A stretch of 34,597 nt of DNA, taken from positions 1-34,597 of the IMG/VR virus record IMGVR_UViG_3300029540_000017. One strand, given 5' to 3'. Source of the DNA: a virus. A program made the translations under genes and the position numbers. Position 1 is the first letter of the stretch. The number at the start of each line of letters is the position of its first letter. The notes beneath the pieces are model-generated. The model did no database searches, had not been told where the DNA came from, and worked only from the letters and a program-made list of their open reading frames with translations. Of this stretch, positions 1 through 8,643 are shown one piece after another.

Positions 1-99
1 ACAGTGCGATTCATGTGATCCAGGGAGAGCTTGGAATTACAGGAACGACAGCTATAGAAGCGGAAGGGACAATATCTGGTTCGTTTAATATGATGAAAG
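1..99. repeat. Terminal overlap copy 1 (identical to 34499..34597)
   Basis: I compared the two ends base by base and found 99/99 identity. Confidence 0.95.
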
Positions 100-1340
100 C
101 GTCTGCGACTAATTTCTTGGCATCCTTAACTGGTGTAAAAGATGGAAACGGAAATGCGATTCTTTCGGTGGAGGATTCCTTAAACGATCTTGTGAATTCT
201 GCGGTTTCTTTTGCGTCAAATGTCATTCCGGCAATAGGCAGCGTAATGACATCACTACCGAAAGCTATAGTACAGGCGATGCAAACCTATGGTCCGCAAG
301 CAATAGTGGCAGCGCAAGAAATGCTGGCGAATTTGTTGACATACATACCAAGTATGCTGACGAGTTTTACAACGGTTGGCGTTGAGCTGCTTAATCAAAT
401 ATCGAGCGGACTTACATCTGGAATACCGACATTTTGCGCACAGTTTCTTCCAATGCTTGTGACGATTTCGGAAAATTTGAGAGCAAACGCCGGACAACTG
501 ATAGATGCCGGACTTAACCTGATTGAAAATCTGGCTCAAGGAATAGCAAATTCTCTGCCGACATTAATTGCAACCGTACCGCAGATCATCACAAATATTG
601 CCGGAATCATCAATGACAACATGCCGAAAATCCTTTCAACAGGGATAGAAATTCTCATAACGCTGACAAAAGGAATCATAAATGCAATTCCGACATTGAT
701 CGCAAATCTTCCAAAGATATTTACGGCAGCAGAAAGCGTATTGAGTGCGATGAACTGGCTTGGAGTTGGAAAGAATCTCATGAATCTCCTTGTTAACGGA
801 GTAAAAGCACTAGTACATTTACCTGGACAAATCATTAAAGGAGCGTTCAACACGGCTAAGCAAATGATCACGACAGGCTTTTCGTGGGGAAGCGTTGGGC
901 GCAATATCATACACGGAATTGCGAACGGACTAAGTGCAGCTGGACATATGTTGTGGGACACTGTAAAAGGAATTCTCGGAAGCTTCAAGGACAATGTACT
1001 CAGTTTCTTTGGAATCCACTCTCCGTCACGTTGGGGTGCGTTTGTCGGAAAAATGATTGATGCAGGAGTCGCGAATGGATTGATTGATAACACATCGCTT
1101 GTATCGAATGCGGCAAACGAATTACAAAGGTCGCTTAAAGGACCATTCAAGGCAAGTGCAGACCTTATTACCGGAAGTACGGTTGCGAACAGCGAAAAAG
1201 ATAGCATTTTGTCGGCAAAACTGGAACAGCTGCTTGAATACTTGAAGCAGAAATCCAGAGGAAGTGACAAGATTGTGATTAACATGAATGACAGAGAAGT
1301 AGCAAGAGCTTTGAGAGAAATGGGGGTTGTGTTTGAATGA
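1..1340 (+). CDS. Tape measure protein, C-terminal part (continues from 33886..34597 across the circular junction)
   Basis: The frame is open from the window start (codon phase begins at base 3) and matches the frame of the ORF left open at the window end. Joined, they give about 650 aa. The sequence has Ala/Ile/Leu/Gly-rich helical repeats (NLAQGIANSLPTLIATVPQIITNIAG...). The gene lies between the tail chaperones and the distal tail protein. Confidence 0.9.
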   Translation, partial: SAIHVIQGELGITGTTAIEAEGTISGSFNMMKASATNFLASLTGVKDGNGNAILSVEDSLNDLVNSAVSFASNVIPAIGSVMTSLPKAIVQAMQTYGPQAIVAAQEMLANLLTYIPSMLTSFTTVGVELLNQISSGLTSGIPTFCAQFLPMLVTISENLRANAGQLIDAGLNLIENLAQGIANSLPTLIATVPQIITNIAGIINDNMPKILSTGIEILITLTKGIINAIPTLIANLPKIFTAAESVLSAMNWLGVGKNLMNLLVNGVKALVHLPGQIIKGAFNTAKQMITTGFSWGSVGRNIIHGIANGLSAAGHMLWDTVKGILGSFKDNVLSFFGIHSPSRWGAFVGKMIDAGVANGLIDNTSLVSNAANELQRSLKGPFKASADLITGSTVANSEKDSILSAKLEQLLEYLKQKSRGSDKIVINMNDREVARALREMGVVFE

Positions 1341-2176
1341 TCGAGATTAAATATGTATGTTCCAATGGAGAAGAATACAATCTGATCGGAGACAAAATGA
1401 GAGCAACCTCCGGATATTTCCATGCTTATGAGTGGAAACCCAATACAACAGAAAGAGAAATAGGTGTAACGGTGAATGCTTTTGCAAAAGAACCGGTGAC
1501 GTATGATATTACTCTTACCGTGAGAGGCGAAGAAAAAGAAAGAAAGCAGATCCTTAATAAGCTTACGAATGCTTTTGAATACGATGTGGTCAATCTGACT
1601 CCAGGAAGAATTTACTATGGCGAATACTACATTGATGGATATGTAAAAAAATCAAGCAATGAAGTATCGGGTGAAAATAATAGTCGTACAGATTGCAAGA
1701 TAGAAATATACTGCCCGTATCCATTCTGGTCGATGGAGCAACAGGAAAGCTTTTATCCTGATTATACAAATAAAGGAAAGCCATATACATTTTTAGACTA
1801 TCCGATAACGTATAATTATGATTATTCAAGAAAGAGTGCCGGAACGCAGAACTGGATTATCGATCATTTCCGAGATAATAACTTTGAAATGGTAATATAT
1901 GGTCCATGCGCTGATCCGAGAATACTGATAAACGGTTATCCTTATCAGATTTATGAGACGTTAGAAGCAGGTGAATATATATTAATCGCCAGCAGAGAGA
2001 AGACGATCACAAAGCATCTGAGAAATGGAACTGTGCAAAATATTTTCGCAAAAAGAGCGAAAGACAAAAGTGTATTTGCACTGATTCCGTCTGGCGTACT
2101 GACTCTTAACTGGAGTGGTGAATTCGGCTTTGATATTAAGGTATACAAAGAAAGGAGCGTGCCGGAATGGAACTGA
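1337..2176 (+). CDS. Distal tail protein (Dit-like siphovirus tail component)
   Basis: Its start overlaps the TMP stop as ATGA. It encodes 279 aa in the canonical position directly after the TMP. Confidence 0.65.
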   Translation: MIEIKYVCSNGEEYNLIGDKMRATSGYFHAYEWKPNTTEREIGVTVNAFAKEPVTYDITLTVRGEEKERKQILNKLTNAFEYDVVNLTPGRIYYGEYYIDGYVKKSSNEVSGENNSRTDCKIEIYCPYPFWSMEQQESFYPDYTNKGKPYTFLDYPITYNYDYSRKSAGTQNWIIDHFRDNNFEMVIYGPCADPRILINGYPYQIYETLEAGEYILIASREKTITKHLRNGTVQNIFAKRAKDKSVFALIPSGVLTLNWSGEFGFDIKVYKERSVPEWN

Positions 2177-3171
2177 TCTATACGGATCCGATTGGCAAAG
2201 AGCTCGGATATATCTTAAATGCAAATGTAGACATGGAAATCGGAGAAGATGAGAAAAGCTCAATCAATGATTTTGAGATCGAATTTAAGAGATCCGGTTG
2301 GAATGGTACGGTTGAGTTCGGAAGTCAGGTGTATGTCCCAGATACTGAGTATGGTGGAATTGTGCAGGAGTTATATACGAGTACCAAATCAAACAGTATT
2401 ACAGTAAAGGGATATACCTGGCGGGGAATGATGACAAAGAAGGTGATACAGCCGGAAAGTAATCAGGACTATGCAGTAGAATCCGGAGAGCTTAATCAGA
2501 TAATCCAGAGAAGAGTTCAGGAAGCATTTCCCGGGCTCTTTTATGGAGTAGCGGAAGACACAGGTGTACAGGTGAAGAATTACCAGTTTGACCGTTATTG
2601 TACACTGCATGCTGGATTACAAAAACTGCTGAAATCAGTAGGATATCGTATGGAAATAAAGTATATTCAGTCGGAGAAAACTGAGTCAGGATATGTACAG
2701 GTAAGAGCAGTTCCTATCGTAGATTATTCGTCAGAATATGAGTTCTCAAATGATAACAATATGCATTTCACAATGGACAACAATAAAAGAGGAACAAATC
2801 ACCTGATCTGTCTTGGAAAAGGAGAATTGAAAGACCGCTTGGTGATCCATCTTTATATTGATGATCAGGGAAATATTAGTCAGACACAGTATTTCTTTGG
2901 AATTAATGAGATAGCTGAAATATATGACAGTTCTGGCTCTGAGTATGAAGATCTTCTGAAGAATGGAACAGAAAAGCTGTTAAAGTCAAAAAGCAAAACA
3001 GAATACGATATGACAATGGAGAAAATCGAAGGAACGATGGATATTGGAGATATTGTAGGTGGAAGAGATTATCTTACCGGTGCGAGTATGAAAAAGCCAA
3101 TCGGAAGGAAGATATGGACTGTTTCGGAGGGAAAAGAGAAAGTAGAGTATAAACTGGAAGGAGAAACATAA
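2167..3171 (+). CDS. Tail-tip/baseplate protein, Sipho_Gp37-like by recollection
   Basis: It overlaps the previous stop and encodes 334 aa. The N-terminus MELIYTDPIGKELGYILNANVDMEIGEDE resembles the Gp37-like family as I remember it. It occupies the tail-tip position. Confidence 0.5.
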   Translation: MELIYTDPIGKELGYILNANVDMEIGEDEKSSINDFEIEFKRSGWNGTVEFGSQVYVPDTEYGGIVQELYTSTKSNSITVKGYTWRGMMTKKVIQPESNQDYAVESGELNQIIQRRVQEAFPGLFYGVAEDTGVQVKNYQFDRYCTLHAGLQKLLKSVGYRMEIKYIQSEKTESGYVQVRAVPIVDYSSEYEFSNDNNMHFTMDNNKRGTNHLICLGKGELKDRLVIHLYIDDQGNISQTQYFFGINEIAEIYDSSGSEYEDLLKNGTEKLLKSKSKTEYDMTMEKIEGTMDIGDIVGGRDYLTGASMKKPIGRKIWTVSEGKEKVEYKLEGET

Positions 3172-4032
3172 ATGGATATTATTACAGGATATGTCGGAAG
3201 TCCTCATGTTACAGCAGAACAGGACCGGGATATAAATATTGGAATCTTTGGAGCAGAATCCTATGTGTTGCGGACGGGATCCCGGTTAAAAGCAGAAGTT
3301 TCATCAAATAATGAAATCAAGATCAGAGATGGCGTTATTATGCATCAGGGATGCGCTGCATCGATAAAAAAGAACACCTATGATTCTCTTACAATTGTGA
3401 ATGGATCACAGGGAATGAAACGAATAGATCTTATTGTTGCGAGATACAGCAGAAATCAGAGCACAAAGGTAGAATCACTTACGCTGAAAGTAATTCAAGG
3501 TACGCCGGTTACAGGAACACCTTCAGCACCGGGGTATACAACAGGAGATATCCAGGCAGGAGATCTGGTTGCAGATATGCCATTGTATCAGGTTGTAATT
3601 AACGGATTGAATATTACAGAGGTAAAACAGGTGTTCAATACGGTTGATACAGTTGCTGAATTAAATGGCAAATTGGAGAAGAAGACGGATACTACTACTT
3701 TAGGATTTGGAGTTTCTGAAACATTCACAGGACAATACCTTAATTCAAAGCCTATCTATCAGAAAATGATATCTGTTGGAGCATTACCGAATAATACAAC
3801 GAAATCTATAAGTACAGGTATTACTGGTGCTGATTATATCTGGGTTGATATGGAAAATAGTTTTGCATTCAATTCCGGTGCAAGCTATCCAATTCCGTAT
3901 GTGGATCCTAAAACTGTGGCCAATTCCATAGGTGTAAGGATTACAAATAACGGCGCAACGGTTATTGTATCGACCGGAACAAACTGGTCTACATATTCCG
4001 GAGGTATTACTCTGAGGTATACCAAGAAGTAA
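3172..4032 (+). CDS. Tail fibre / receptor-binding protein candidate
   Basis: The ATG comes immediately after the preceding TAA. It encodes 286 aa and is the last large gene of the tail module. The C-terminal half is rich in Gly/Thr/Asn. Confidence 0.5.
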   Translation: MDIITGYVGSPHVTAEQDRDINIGIFGAESYVLRTGSRLKAEVSSNNEIKIRDGVIMHQGCAASIKKNTYDSLTIVNGSQGMKRIDLIVARYSRNQSTKVESLTLKVIQGTPVTGTPSAPGYTTGDIQAGDLVADMPLYQVVINGLNITEVKQVFNTVDTVAELNGKLEKKTDTTTLGFGVSETFTGQYLNSKPIYQKMISVGALPNNTTKSISTGITGADYIWVDMENSFAFNSGASYPIPYVDPKTVANSIGVRITNNGATVIVSTGTNWSTYSGGITLRYTKK

Positions 4033-4130
4033 TTATTTCCAAGTTCCCTTCACATCATAATTAAGATCTGTTGATCTGGAGGTTGAACCATATTGCAACA
4101 TAGAAACATGATTCAGAGAAAGGAAAAGCT

Positions 4131-4502
4131 ATGAAAATTATATTCAACGATGGTCAGGAGCTGACAGTGCAGGATGCATCTATCCAAGCTGATGGTGGTC
4201 TTCTGGTCAAAACAATCTCAGCAACAGAGGATGAGATCAAAGCGATTTTTTCAGACACCATGACAACAAAGAAGATGACAGTCCAGGAGCGTGGATCAGA
4301 GCTTGCATGCTATGAAAATTATACGAAGTTTGATGCTGTTGTGAAGTATACAGCGGGCATTCTTGGAATTGTCATGTACCAGGAAGAGCAGGCACCGGAA
4401 GACCGAATCAAGGCACTTGAGAAAGAAAAGGCAGACATGAAGGAGAAGATTGACCAGTTAGAGGGCTGTCTTCTGGAAATGTCTGAGCTGGTATATCAGT
4501 AA
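4131..4502 (+). CDS. Hypothetical tail-fibre-associated protein with C-terminal coiled coil (XkdW-like position)
   Basis: An SD (AAAGGAAAAG) precedes the ATG. It encodes 123 aa with a heptad-like tail KALEKEKADMKEKIDQLEGCLLEM. Confidence 0.5.
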   Translation: MKIIFNDGQELTVQDASIQADGGLLVKTISATEDEIKAIFSDTMTTKKMTVQERGSELACYENYTKFDAVVKYTAGILGIVMYQEEQAPEDRIKALEKEKADMKEKIDQLEGCLLEMSELVYQ

Positions 4503-4558
4503 TGGTAACTCTATTAACCAATTTATTCATAATGCTACAAAACAACGGAGGTAAAGAA

Positions 4559-4702
4559 ATGATGGCAATGTTATGGGCACAGCAGATTATGTTGGGAAAG
4601 AAAACGTATGAACAGGTTCCAAGACTTTTGAAAGATAAGGTAAAAGAGATCCTGGAAGATTCCGGAATGGGCGAACTTGTTACAGATGAGACACAGGAGT
4701 AG
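4559..4702 (+). CDS. Small XkdX/CD1375-like phage protein (47 aa)
   Basis: GGAGG lies 7-8 nt upstream of the ATG at 4559. The motif WAQQIMLGKKTYEQVPRLLKDKVKEILE resembles the short XkdX/CD1375-like proteins that follow tail fibres. The track start at 4502 lacks an SD. Confidence 0.5.
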   Translation: MMAMLWAQQIMLGKKTYEQVPRLLKDKVKEILEDSGMGELVTDETQE

Positions 4703-4714
4703 AGGTGAAAACAG

Positions 4715-5599
4715 ATGGCAGTAAAAACAGCACAGTATATATTTAATGGTCAGACGATTAATCTGACATACAATTCAACATCAGGAAAATGGGAAGCGAC
4801 GGTAACTGCACCAAGTAAATCCAGTTATAGCCAGACGGACCACGTTCTGGGCGGTACGGTAAAGGCTACAGACGTGGCAGGAAATACAACGACCGTTGAT
4901 CAGAGCCATGCAACACTTGGTTCCTCTCTGAAGATCAGAGTCAAAGAGAAGGTAGCTCCGGTAATCAGTATCACTGCACCGACAGCCGATTCTTATATTA
5001 CAAACGCAACACCGACCATCAAGTTTACGGTAACAGATGCAGATTCTGGTGTAAATTCCGGTACAATCGCAATGAAGCTGGATGGTACAGCCGTTACAGT
5101 TACAAAGACAGCAATCACAGGTGGATATGAATGCAGCTATAAACCGACTACCGCACTGAAAGATGGAAGTCACACAATTTCTGTGACAGCATCAGATAAT
5201 GATGGAAATGCAGCTTCAGCGAAGACAGCAACCTTTACAGTGGATACAGTACCGCCGACTCTGACGATTACAGCACCGGAAGAAGGTCTTGTGACAAATA
5301 AGACAACTATTACTGTTACAGGTAAGACAGACGATGCAACATCTAAGCCGGTTACAGTTACTGTAAATGGTGCAGCGGCTACAGTTGGGACAGATGGATC
5401 CTTTAGCAAGGATGTAACGCTGACCAATGGTGCAAACAAGATTACGATCATTGCCAAGGACAAAGCAGGTAAGACTACAACGATCACGAGAAATGTAACG
5501 CTTGATACAGCCGCCCCGGTGATCAAGTCTATCACCCTGACTCCGAATCCGGTTGATTGTGGTAAGACCTTTGTGATTGCTGTAGAGATTACGGACTAG
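4715..5599 (+). CDS. Ig-like (bacterial Ig fold) repeat protein, putative adhesin/tail decoration
   Basis: It has a GAGGTGA SD and encodes 294 aa rich in Thr/Val. Repeated beta-sandwich style segments are visible (APVISITAPTADSYITNATPTIKFTVTD; VPPTLTITAPEEGLVTNKTTITVTGKT; AAPVIKSITLTPNPVDCGKTF). Confidence 0.7.
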   Translation: MAVKTAQYIFNGQTINLTYNSTSGKWEATVTAPSKSSYSQTDHVLGGTVKATDVAGNTTTVDQSHATLGSSLKIRVKEKVAPVISITAPTADSYITNATPTIKFTVTDADSGVNSGTIAMKLDGTAVTVTKTAITGGYECSYKPTTALKDGSHTISVTASDNDGNAASAKTATFTVDTVPPTLTITAPEEGLVTNKTTITVTGKTDDATSKPVTVTVNGAAATVGTDGSFSKDVTLTNGANKITIIAKDKAGKTTTITRNVTLDTAAPVIKSITLTPNPVDCGKTFVIAVEITD

Positions 5600-5610
5600 G
5601 AGGTTCTGTT

Positions 5611-5904
5611 ATGGTTGTGAAGGCAATCGGCAAGGTAGACGGGAAAGAGGTTATCTTTGAACGGGCAGAAGGGGATCTGTGGAAAGTCACGATCCCCTAT
5701 GATCTTGATGGGATGTATGTGGTAGAAGTGACTGCAGAAGACGAGGCGGGTAATATAGCATTTTGCACGAAGTTACTGTTAATCGTGGATCCAGCTACTC
5801 TATGCATCCATCTCATACCATATGAGTATACCGTGGAAGTAGTTCAGGAAGAATTTTGTGTGGATGTGGTTCATCCGTGTCATGGGAGGTGCTGTTGTGA
5901 ATAG
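5611..5904 (+). CDS. Hypothetical small beta-rich protein (tail-accessory cluster)
   Basis: It has a strong SD (AGGAGG), encodes 97 aa and contains the motif YVVEVTAEDEAGNIAF. Confidence 0.55.
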   Translation: MVVKAIGKVDGKEVIFERAEGDLWKVTIPYDLDGMYVVEVTAEDEAGNIAFCTKLLLIVDPATLCIHLIPYEYTVEVVQEEFCVDVVHPCHGRCCCE

Positions 5905-6166
5905 AGTAAGATTTATCCAGGGTGAGGACAAACATGTCAAACTGCTGGTAAGAAGTCCGAATAATGAACCATTTACCATTCTGGCAGCATCTTACAGTCT
6001 GTCACGGTTTGGAGAAGTTGAATCTCATGGAGAATGTGAGATCAATGGTCATTATCTGGATATTAAAATTGCACCAGTGCAAAAGGCGAAGTCTTATATA
6101 CTGGAAGTTACTTATGTGGTTGCTGATTCAACGAGGAAAGTAAGGATAGAAGTAGAGGTGGTATGA
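5897..6166 (+). CDS. Hypothetical small protein (tail-accessory cluster)
   Basis: A GTG at 5897 lies 7 nt after GGGAGG and overlaps the previous stop. The longer track ORF from 5858 has no SD. Confidence 0.5.
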   Translation: MNRVRFIQGEDKHVKLLVRSPNNEPFTILAASYSLSRFGEVESHGECEINGHYLDIKIAPVQKAKSYILEVTYVVADSTRKVRIEVEVV

Positions 6167-6327
6167 TGCTGACAATCACGGAAATCAAATTGAGCAAAAA
6201 TCCTGTTGGGACAGGGGAAAAGTTTACCATATCTGTGCAGATTCAGGAGACAGCAGATTATCCGTATGACTATCCTTATGATTTCCCGGTATCCTGCACG
6301 GGCACAGCGAAACCGAAAGAAACATAA
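6163..6327 (+). CDS. Unlisted 54-aa ORF (MMLTITEIKLSKNPVGTGEKFTISVQIQETADYPYDYPYDFPVSCTGTAKPKET)
   Basis: It falls below the track length cut-off. Its ATG overlaps the upstream TGA (ATGATG). It repeats the motif I.L..NPV..G..F.I.V.I seen at the C-terminus of the 4715..5599 protein. Confidence 0.45.
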   Translation: MMLTITEIKLSKNPVGTGEKFTISVQIQETADYPYDYPYDFPVSCTGTAKPKET

Positions 6328-6346
6328 AAATGATTTTCAGAGGGAC

Positions 6347-6362
6347 TGAATATTGTATCATC
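6347..6362 (+). repeat. Boundary motif copy A: TGAATATTGTATCATC
   Basis: This is an exact 16-mer that also occurs at 8412..8427 (+) and 9842..9857 (reverse complement). Confidence 0.9.
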
Positions 6363-6428
6363 AGATTACCCTGAGCTGTTTAAATAAGAAGAAACTCGTT
6401 TGAATTAACTGACAACCGTGATATACAG

Positions 6429-6719
6429 GTGGTACACAAAAACACCGAAAACCCCAGAGTTTATGCGGCTCATGTAGGTATTGCTATGGCAGCAGGAGCT
6501 ATCATTATAACGTTATTGGAGTTGATTGTCGGAACTATTGTAAATATCATATTGGGATGGAATGTATGGGACTACAGCACTCTCCCAGGAAATCTGCTTG
6601 GACAGATTTGCCCACAGTTCACGGTGCTGTGGTTCTTTCTGTCAGCTGTGGCTGTCTATCTGGATGATTGGATAAGATACTTACTGTGGGGAGAAAAACG
6701 GCCAAAATATAAATTTTAG
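6429..6719 (+). CDS. Small membrane protein resembling the C-terminal half of PF06541-type (putative ABC-transporter type IV) proteins; start uncertain
   Basis: It has two hydrophobic segments and the motif LELIVGTIVNIILGWNVWDYSTLPGNLLGQICPQFTVLWF. There is no convincing SD for the GTG at 6429 or the ATG at 6486. Confidence 0.45.
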   Translation: MVHKNTENPRVYAAHVGIAMAAGAIIITLLELIVGTIVNIILGWNVWDYSTLPGNLLGQICPQFTVLWFFLSAVAVYLDDWIRYLLWGEKRPKYKF

Positions 6720-6734
6720 AAAGGAAGGATTGAA

Positions 6735-7211
6735 ATGATGGATAAGATTATCACATTGCTGTCAAGCAATTCATTTGTAAAAATTTTGCTGATAGCGGTT
6801 GCCTTAGATACGATACTTGGCGTACTCAGGGCGATTAAAGAACACAAATTCAACAGCTGCGTAGGAATCGATGGAGCAATTCGAAAAGCGGGAATGCTCT
6901 TGTCGGTATGCTTCCTTATGGCAACGGATGTGATCATGCATATTAATGTATTAAGCATGGTACCTGAGGAATATGTACAGATTCTTGGAATTGATAAGAT
7001 GGGAATCTGCGAATTTTTCAGTCTATTATTCATATTGTACGAACTGGTTAGCATCCTCAAGAATATGACATTATGCGGACTTCCAGTACCAACCAAAATC
7101 AAGAAATGGATTCAGAAATTCCTCGATGATATGACAGAAGAGCTTCCGAAAGAAGCAGTTCAGGAATTGCACCAGTGCAAGAGATACATAGAAGACATGA
7201 AAGGAGAGTAG
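6735..7211 (+). CDS. Holin, phage_holin_4 / TcdE-like family
   Basis: It has an AAGGAAGGA SD. The motifs LDTILGVLRAIKEHKFNSCVGIDGAIRK and FSLLFILYELVSILKNMTLCGLPVPTKIK closely resemble C. difficile TcdE and phage holins as I recall them. It lies directly upstream of the endolysin. Confidence 0.88.
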   Translation: MMDKIITLLSSNSFVKILLIAVALDTILGVLRAIKEHKFNSCVGIDGAIRKAGMLLSVCFLMATDVIMHINVLSMVPEEYVQILGIDKMGICEFFSLLFILYELVSILKNMTLCGLPVPTKIKKWIQKFLDDMTEELPKEAVQELHQCKRYIEDMKGE

Positions 7212-7212
7212 T

Positions 7213-8382
7213 ATGAAATTATTTTTAATTGCTGGACACGGAGAGGGAGATCCAGGAGCTGAAGGTGGAGGATACACCGAAGCAGAACGAGTCAGAGCAC
7301 TTGCTGAAAGAATGAAATATTACGGCGGCGATAATGTAATTATTGGCGATACAAGCAAGAACTGGTATCGTCACGGGTATGTCAGCACATATAACTTTCC
7401 GGACGGATGCTGTGTGATGGAACTCCATATGGATGCAGGTGGAGGTCAGGCACGCGGAGGACATATCATTGTCAGAAGCGGACTTGTAACTGACCAGTAT
7501 GATAGAGCAGTAGCAACATATATCAGCGGAATCTTACCAGGGCGATCTGAGAATATCAAGTATCGCGATGACCTTTCTAACATTAACAGGGCGGCGAAGC
7601 GTGGAATTAACTATAGATTGCTTGAGTGCGGATTTATTGATAATGATTCTGACCGTGAGAAATTCAATAGCAATATTGATGAAATCGCAATCAACCTATT
7701 AGCTTGCTTTGGAATTATATCGCAGAATGGAACAGGCAAATGGGTGAAAGACGAAACTGGCTATTGGTGGAAAGAGTATGACGGAAGCTATCCTAAATCC
7801 AGTTGGAAGAAGATTGCAGGAGTATTTTACTGGTTTAATGAGCGTGGTTATTGCGTGATGAATGACTGGATTCTGTACCAGAAGCATTTCTATTTTTTGG
7901 GTGAAACAGGTGGCATGACTACCGGTTGGAAGAAAATCGGAGAAGACTGGTACTATTTCAATCAGACAGGTGGGAAATTGCCTATCGGCGCAATGCTGAC
8001 AGGGTGGCAGATGATTGGCGGTAGATATTTCTACTTCTATTCAAAACGTGTCGGAAAACATGCAGAGGGTGCAATGCTAACTGGTGAACTGTTCGGATAT
8101 GCCGGACATGATTACCGTTGCTGGTCTGCTGGAGAAGACAAAAAGAAGCAGACTGGTGAGATGGTGACCGGATGGTACAAGGACGGCAAATCGGGAAAAT
8201 ACTACTGGTACAATACAATAGCCACAAAAGATATGCCGCTTGGAGCGATGTACAAAAATAAATGGTTAAAACTGCCAGAAGCATGGTATTACTTCAAAGA
8301 TAATGGAGAAATGGCTTGTGATGAAACATTAGTAATTGGCGGTGAGAAGTACACATTCGGTGCGACAGGATATCTGCAGTAA
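7213..8382 (+). CDS. Endolysin: N-acetylmuramoyl-L-alanine amidase (Amidase_3-like) plus C-terminal cell-wall-binding (CW_binding_1-type) repeats
   Basis: The N-terminus is MKLFLIAGHGEGDPGAEGGGYTEAERV. The C-terminal half has repeated GW..IG..WYYF...G.M.TGW units. It has an AAGGAGAG SD. Confidence 0.88.
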   Translation: MKLFLIAGHGEGDPGAEGGGYTEAERVRALAERMKYYGGDNVIIGDTSKNWYRHGYVSTYNFPDGCCVMELHMDAGGGQARGGHIIVRSGLVTDQYDRAVATYISGILPGRSENIKYRDDLSNINRAAKRGINYRLLECGFIDNDSDREKFNSNIDEIAINLLACFGIISQNGTGKWVKDETGYWWKEYDGSYPKSSWKKIAGVFYWFNERGYCVMNDWILYQKHFYFLGETGGMTTGWKKIGEDWYYFNQTGGKLPIGAMLTGWQMIGGRYFYFYSKRVGKHAEGAMLTGELFGYAGHDYRCWSAGEDKKKQTGEMVTGWYKDGKSGKYYWYNTIATKDMPLGAMYKNKWLKLPEAWYYFKDNGEMACDETLVIGGEKYTFGATGYLQ

Positions 8383-8388
8383 TAAGAT

Positions 8389-8411
8389 CCCCGGAGTGGT
8401 AAGCTCCGGGG
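8389..8411 (+). terminator. Stem-loop after the endolysin gene (CCCCGGAG-tggtaag-CTCCGGGG)
   Basis: An 8-bp GC stem starts 6 nt after the stop. The T-run only appears 17 nt later (8428-8432), so it is an imperfect intrinsic terminator. Confidence 0.5.
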
Positions 8412-8429
8412 TGAATATTGTATCATCTT
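8412..8429 (+). repeat. Boundary motif copy B: TGAATATTGTATCATCTT
   Basis: This 18-mer is identical to the reverse complement of 9840..9857. Its first 16 nt are identical to 6347..6362. Confidence 0.9.
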
Positions 8430-8430
8430 T

Positions 8431-8464
8431 TTCGTGTTGCATTTTGATGCATTTCGTGTTGCAT
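8431..8464 (+). repeat. Two direct copies of TTCGTGTTGCAT (8431-8442, 8453-8464); candidate integrase arm-type sites (left arm)
   Basis: The same exact 12-mer occurs twice more, in tandem, at 8659-8682 on the other side of the tRNA-like core. Confidence 0.6.
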
Positions 8465-8511
8465 AGGATTGTAAAATAACTGAAATATTTCTAATATGCT
8501 AGAATGATTCT

Positions 8512-8561
8512 AAATAATAAAAATGCGAGAAACCCTTGATTTATAAGGGATATCCCGCATT
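8512..8561 (-). terminator. Minus-strand intrinsic terminator beyond the attP core
   Basis: An imperfect hairpin of about 13 bp (ATGCGAGAAACCCTT / AAGGGATATCCCGCAT, 8524-8561) is followed on the minus strand by TTTTTATTATTT. Confidence 0.55.
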
Positions 8562-8590
8562 CGTTGTAAATTCACACTTTCATTGAAAAG

Positions 8591-8613
8591 TGGACCTGGC
8601 GGGAATCGAACCC
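8591..8613 (-). other. attP core candidate: copy of a tRNA 3-prime end (GGGTTCGATTCCCGCCAGGTCCA on the minus strand)
   Basis: The sequence has a T-loop consensus (TTCGATT), a T-stem 3-prime half, a 7-nt acceptor strand and a discriminator A, but no upstream tRNA body. It lies 30 bp downstream of the integrase stop. Confidence 0.7.
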
Positions 8614-8643
8614 AAATGAAAAACGCTAAAAGTGGCGGTTTTA

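Noticed and set aside
1-99. The 99-bp terminal repeat as a biological direct terminal repeat of the virion DNA
   Set aside because: It falls in the middle of the tape measure ORF and is exactly 99 bp, which is typical of an assembler k-mer overlap. A candidate cos region exists elsewhere (24264-24364).
536-1423. A 295-aa minus-strand ORF inside the tape measure gene
   Set aside because: It is entirely antisense to a gene with an unmistakable TMP sequence and module position. It has no SD, and its composition is that of the reverse complement of Ala/Ile/Leu-rich coding DNA.
3172-6327. A diversity-generating retroelement targeting the tail fibre or Ig-like genes
   Set aside because: No ORF anywhere in the genome has reverse-transcriptase motifs, and I saw no long template/variable repeat pair near the fibre genes.
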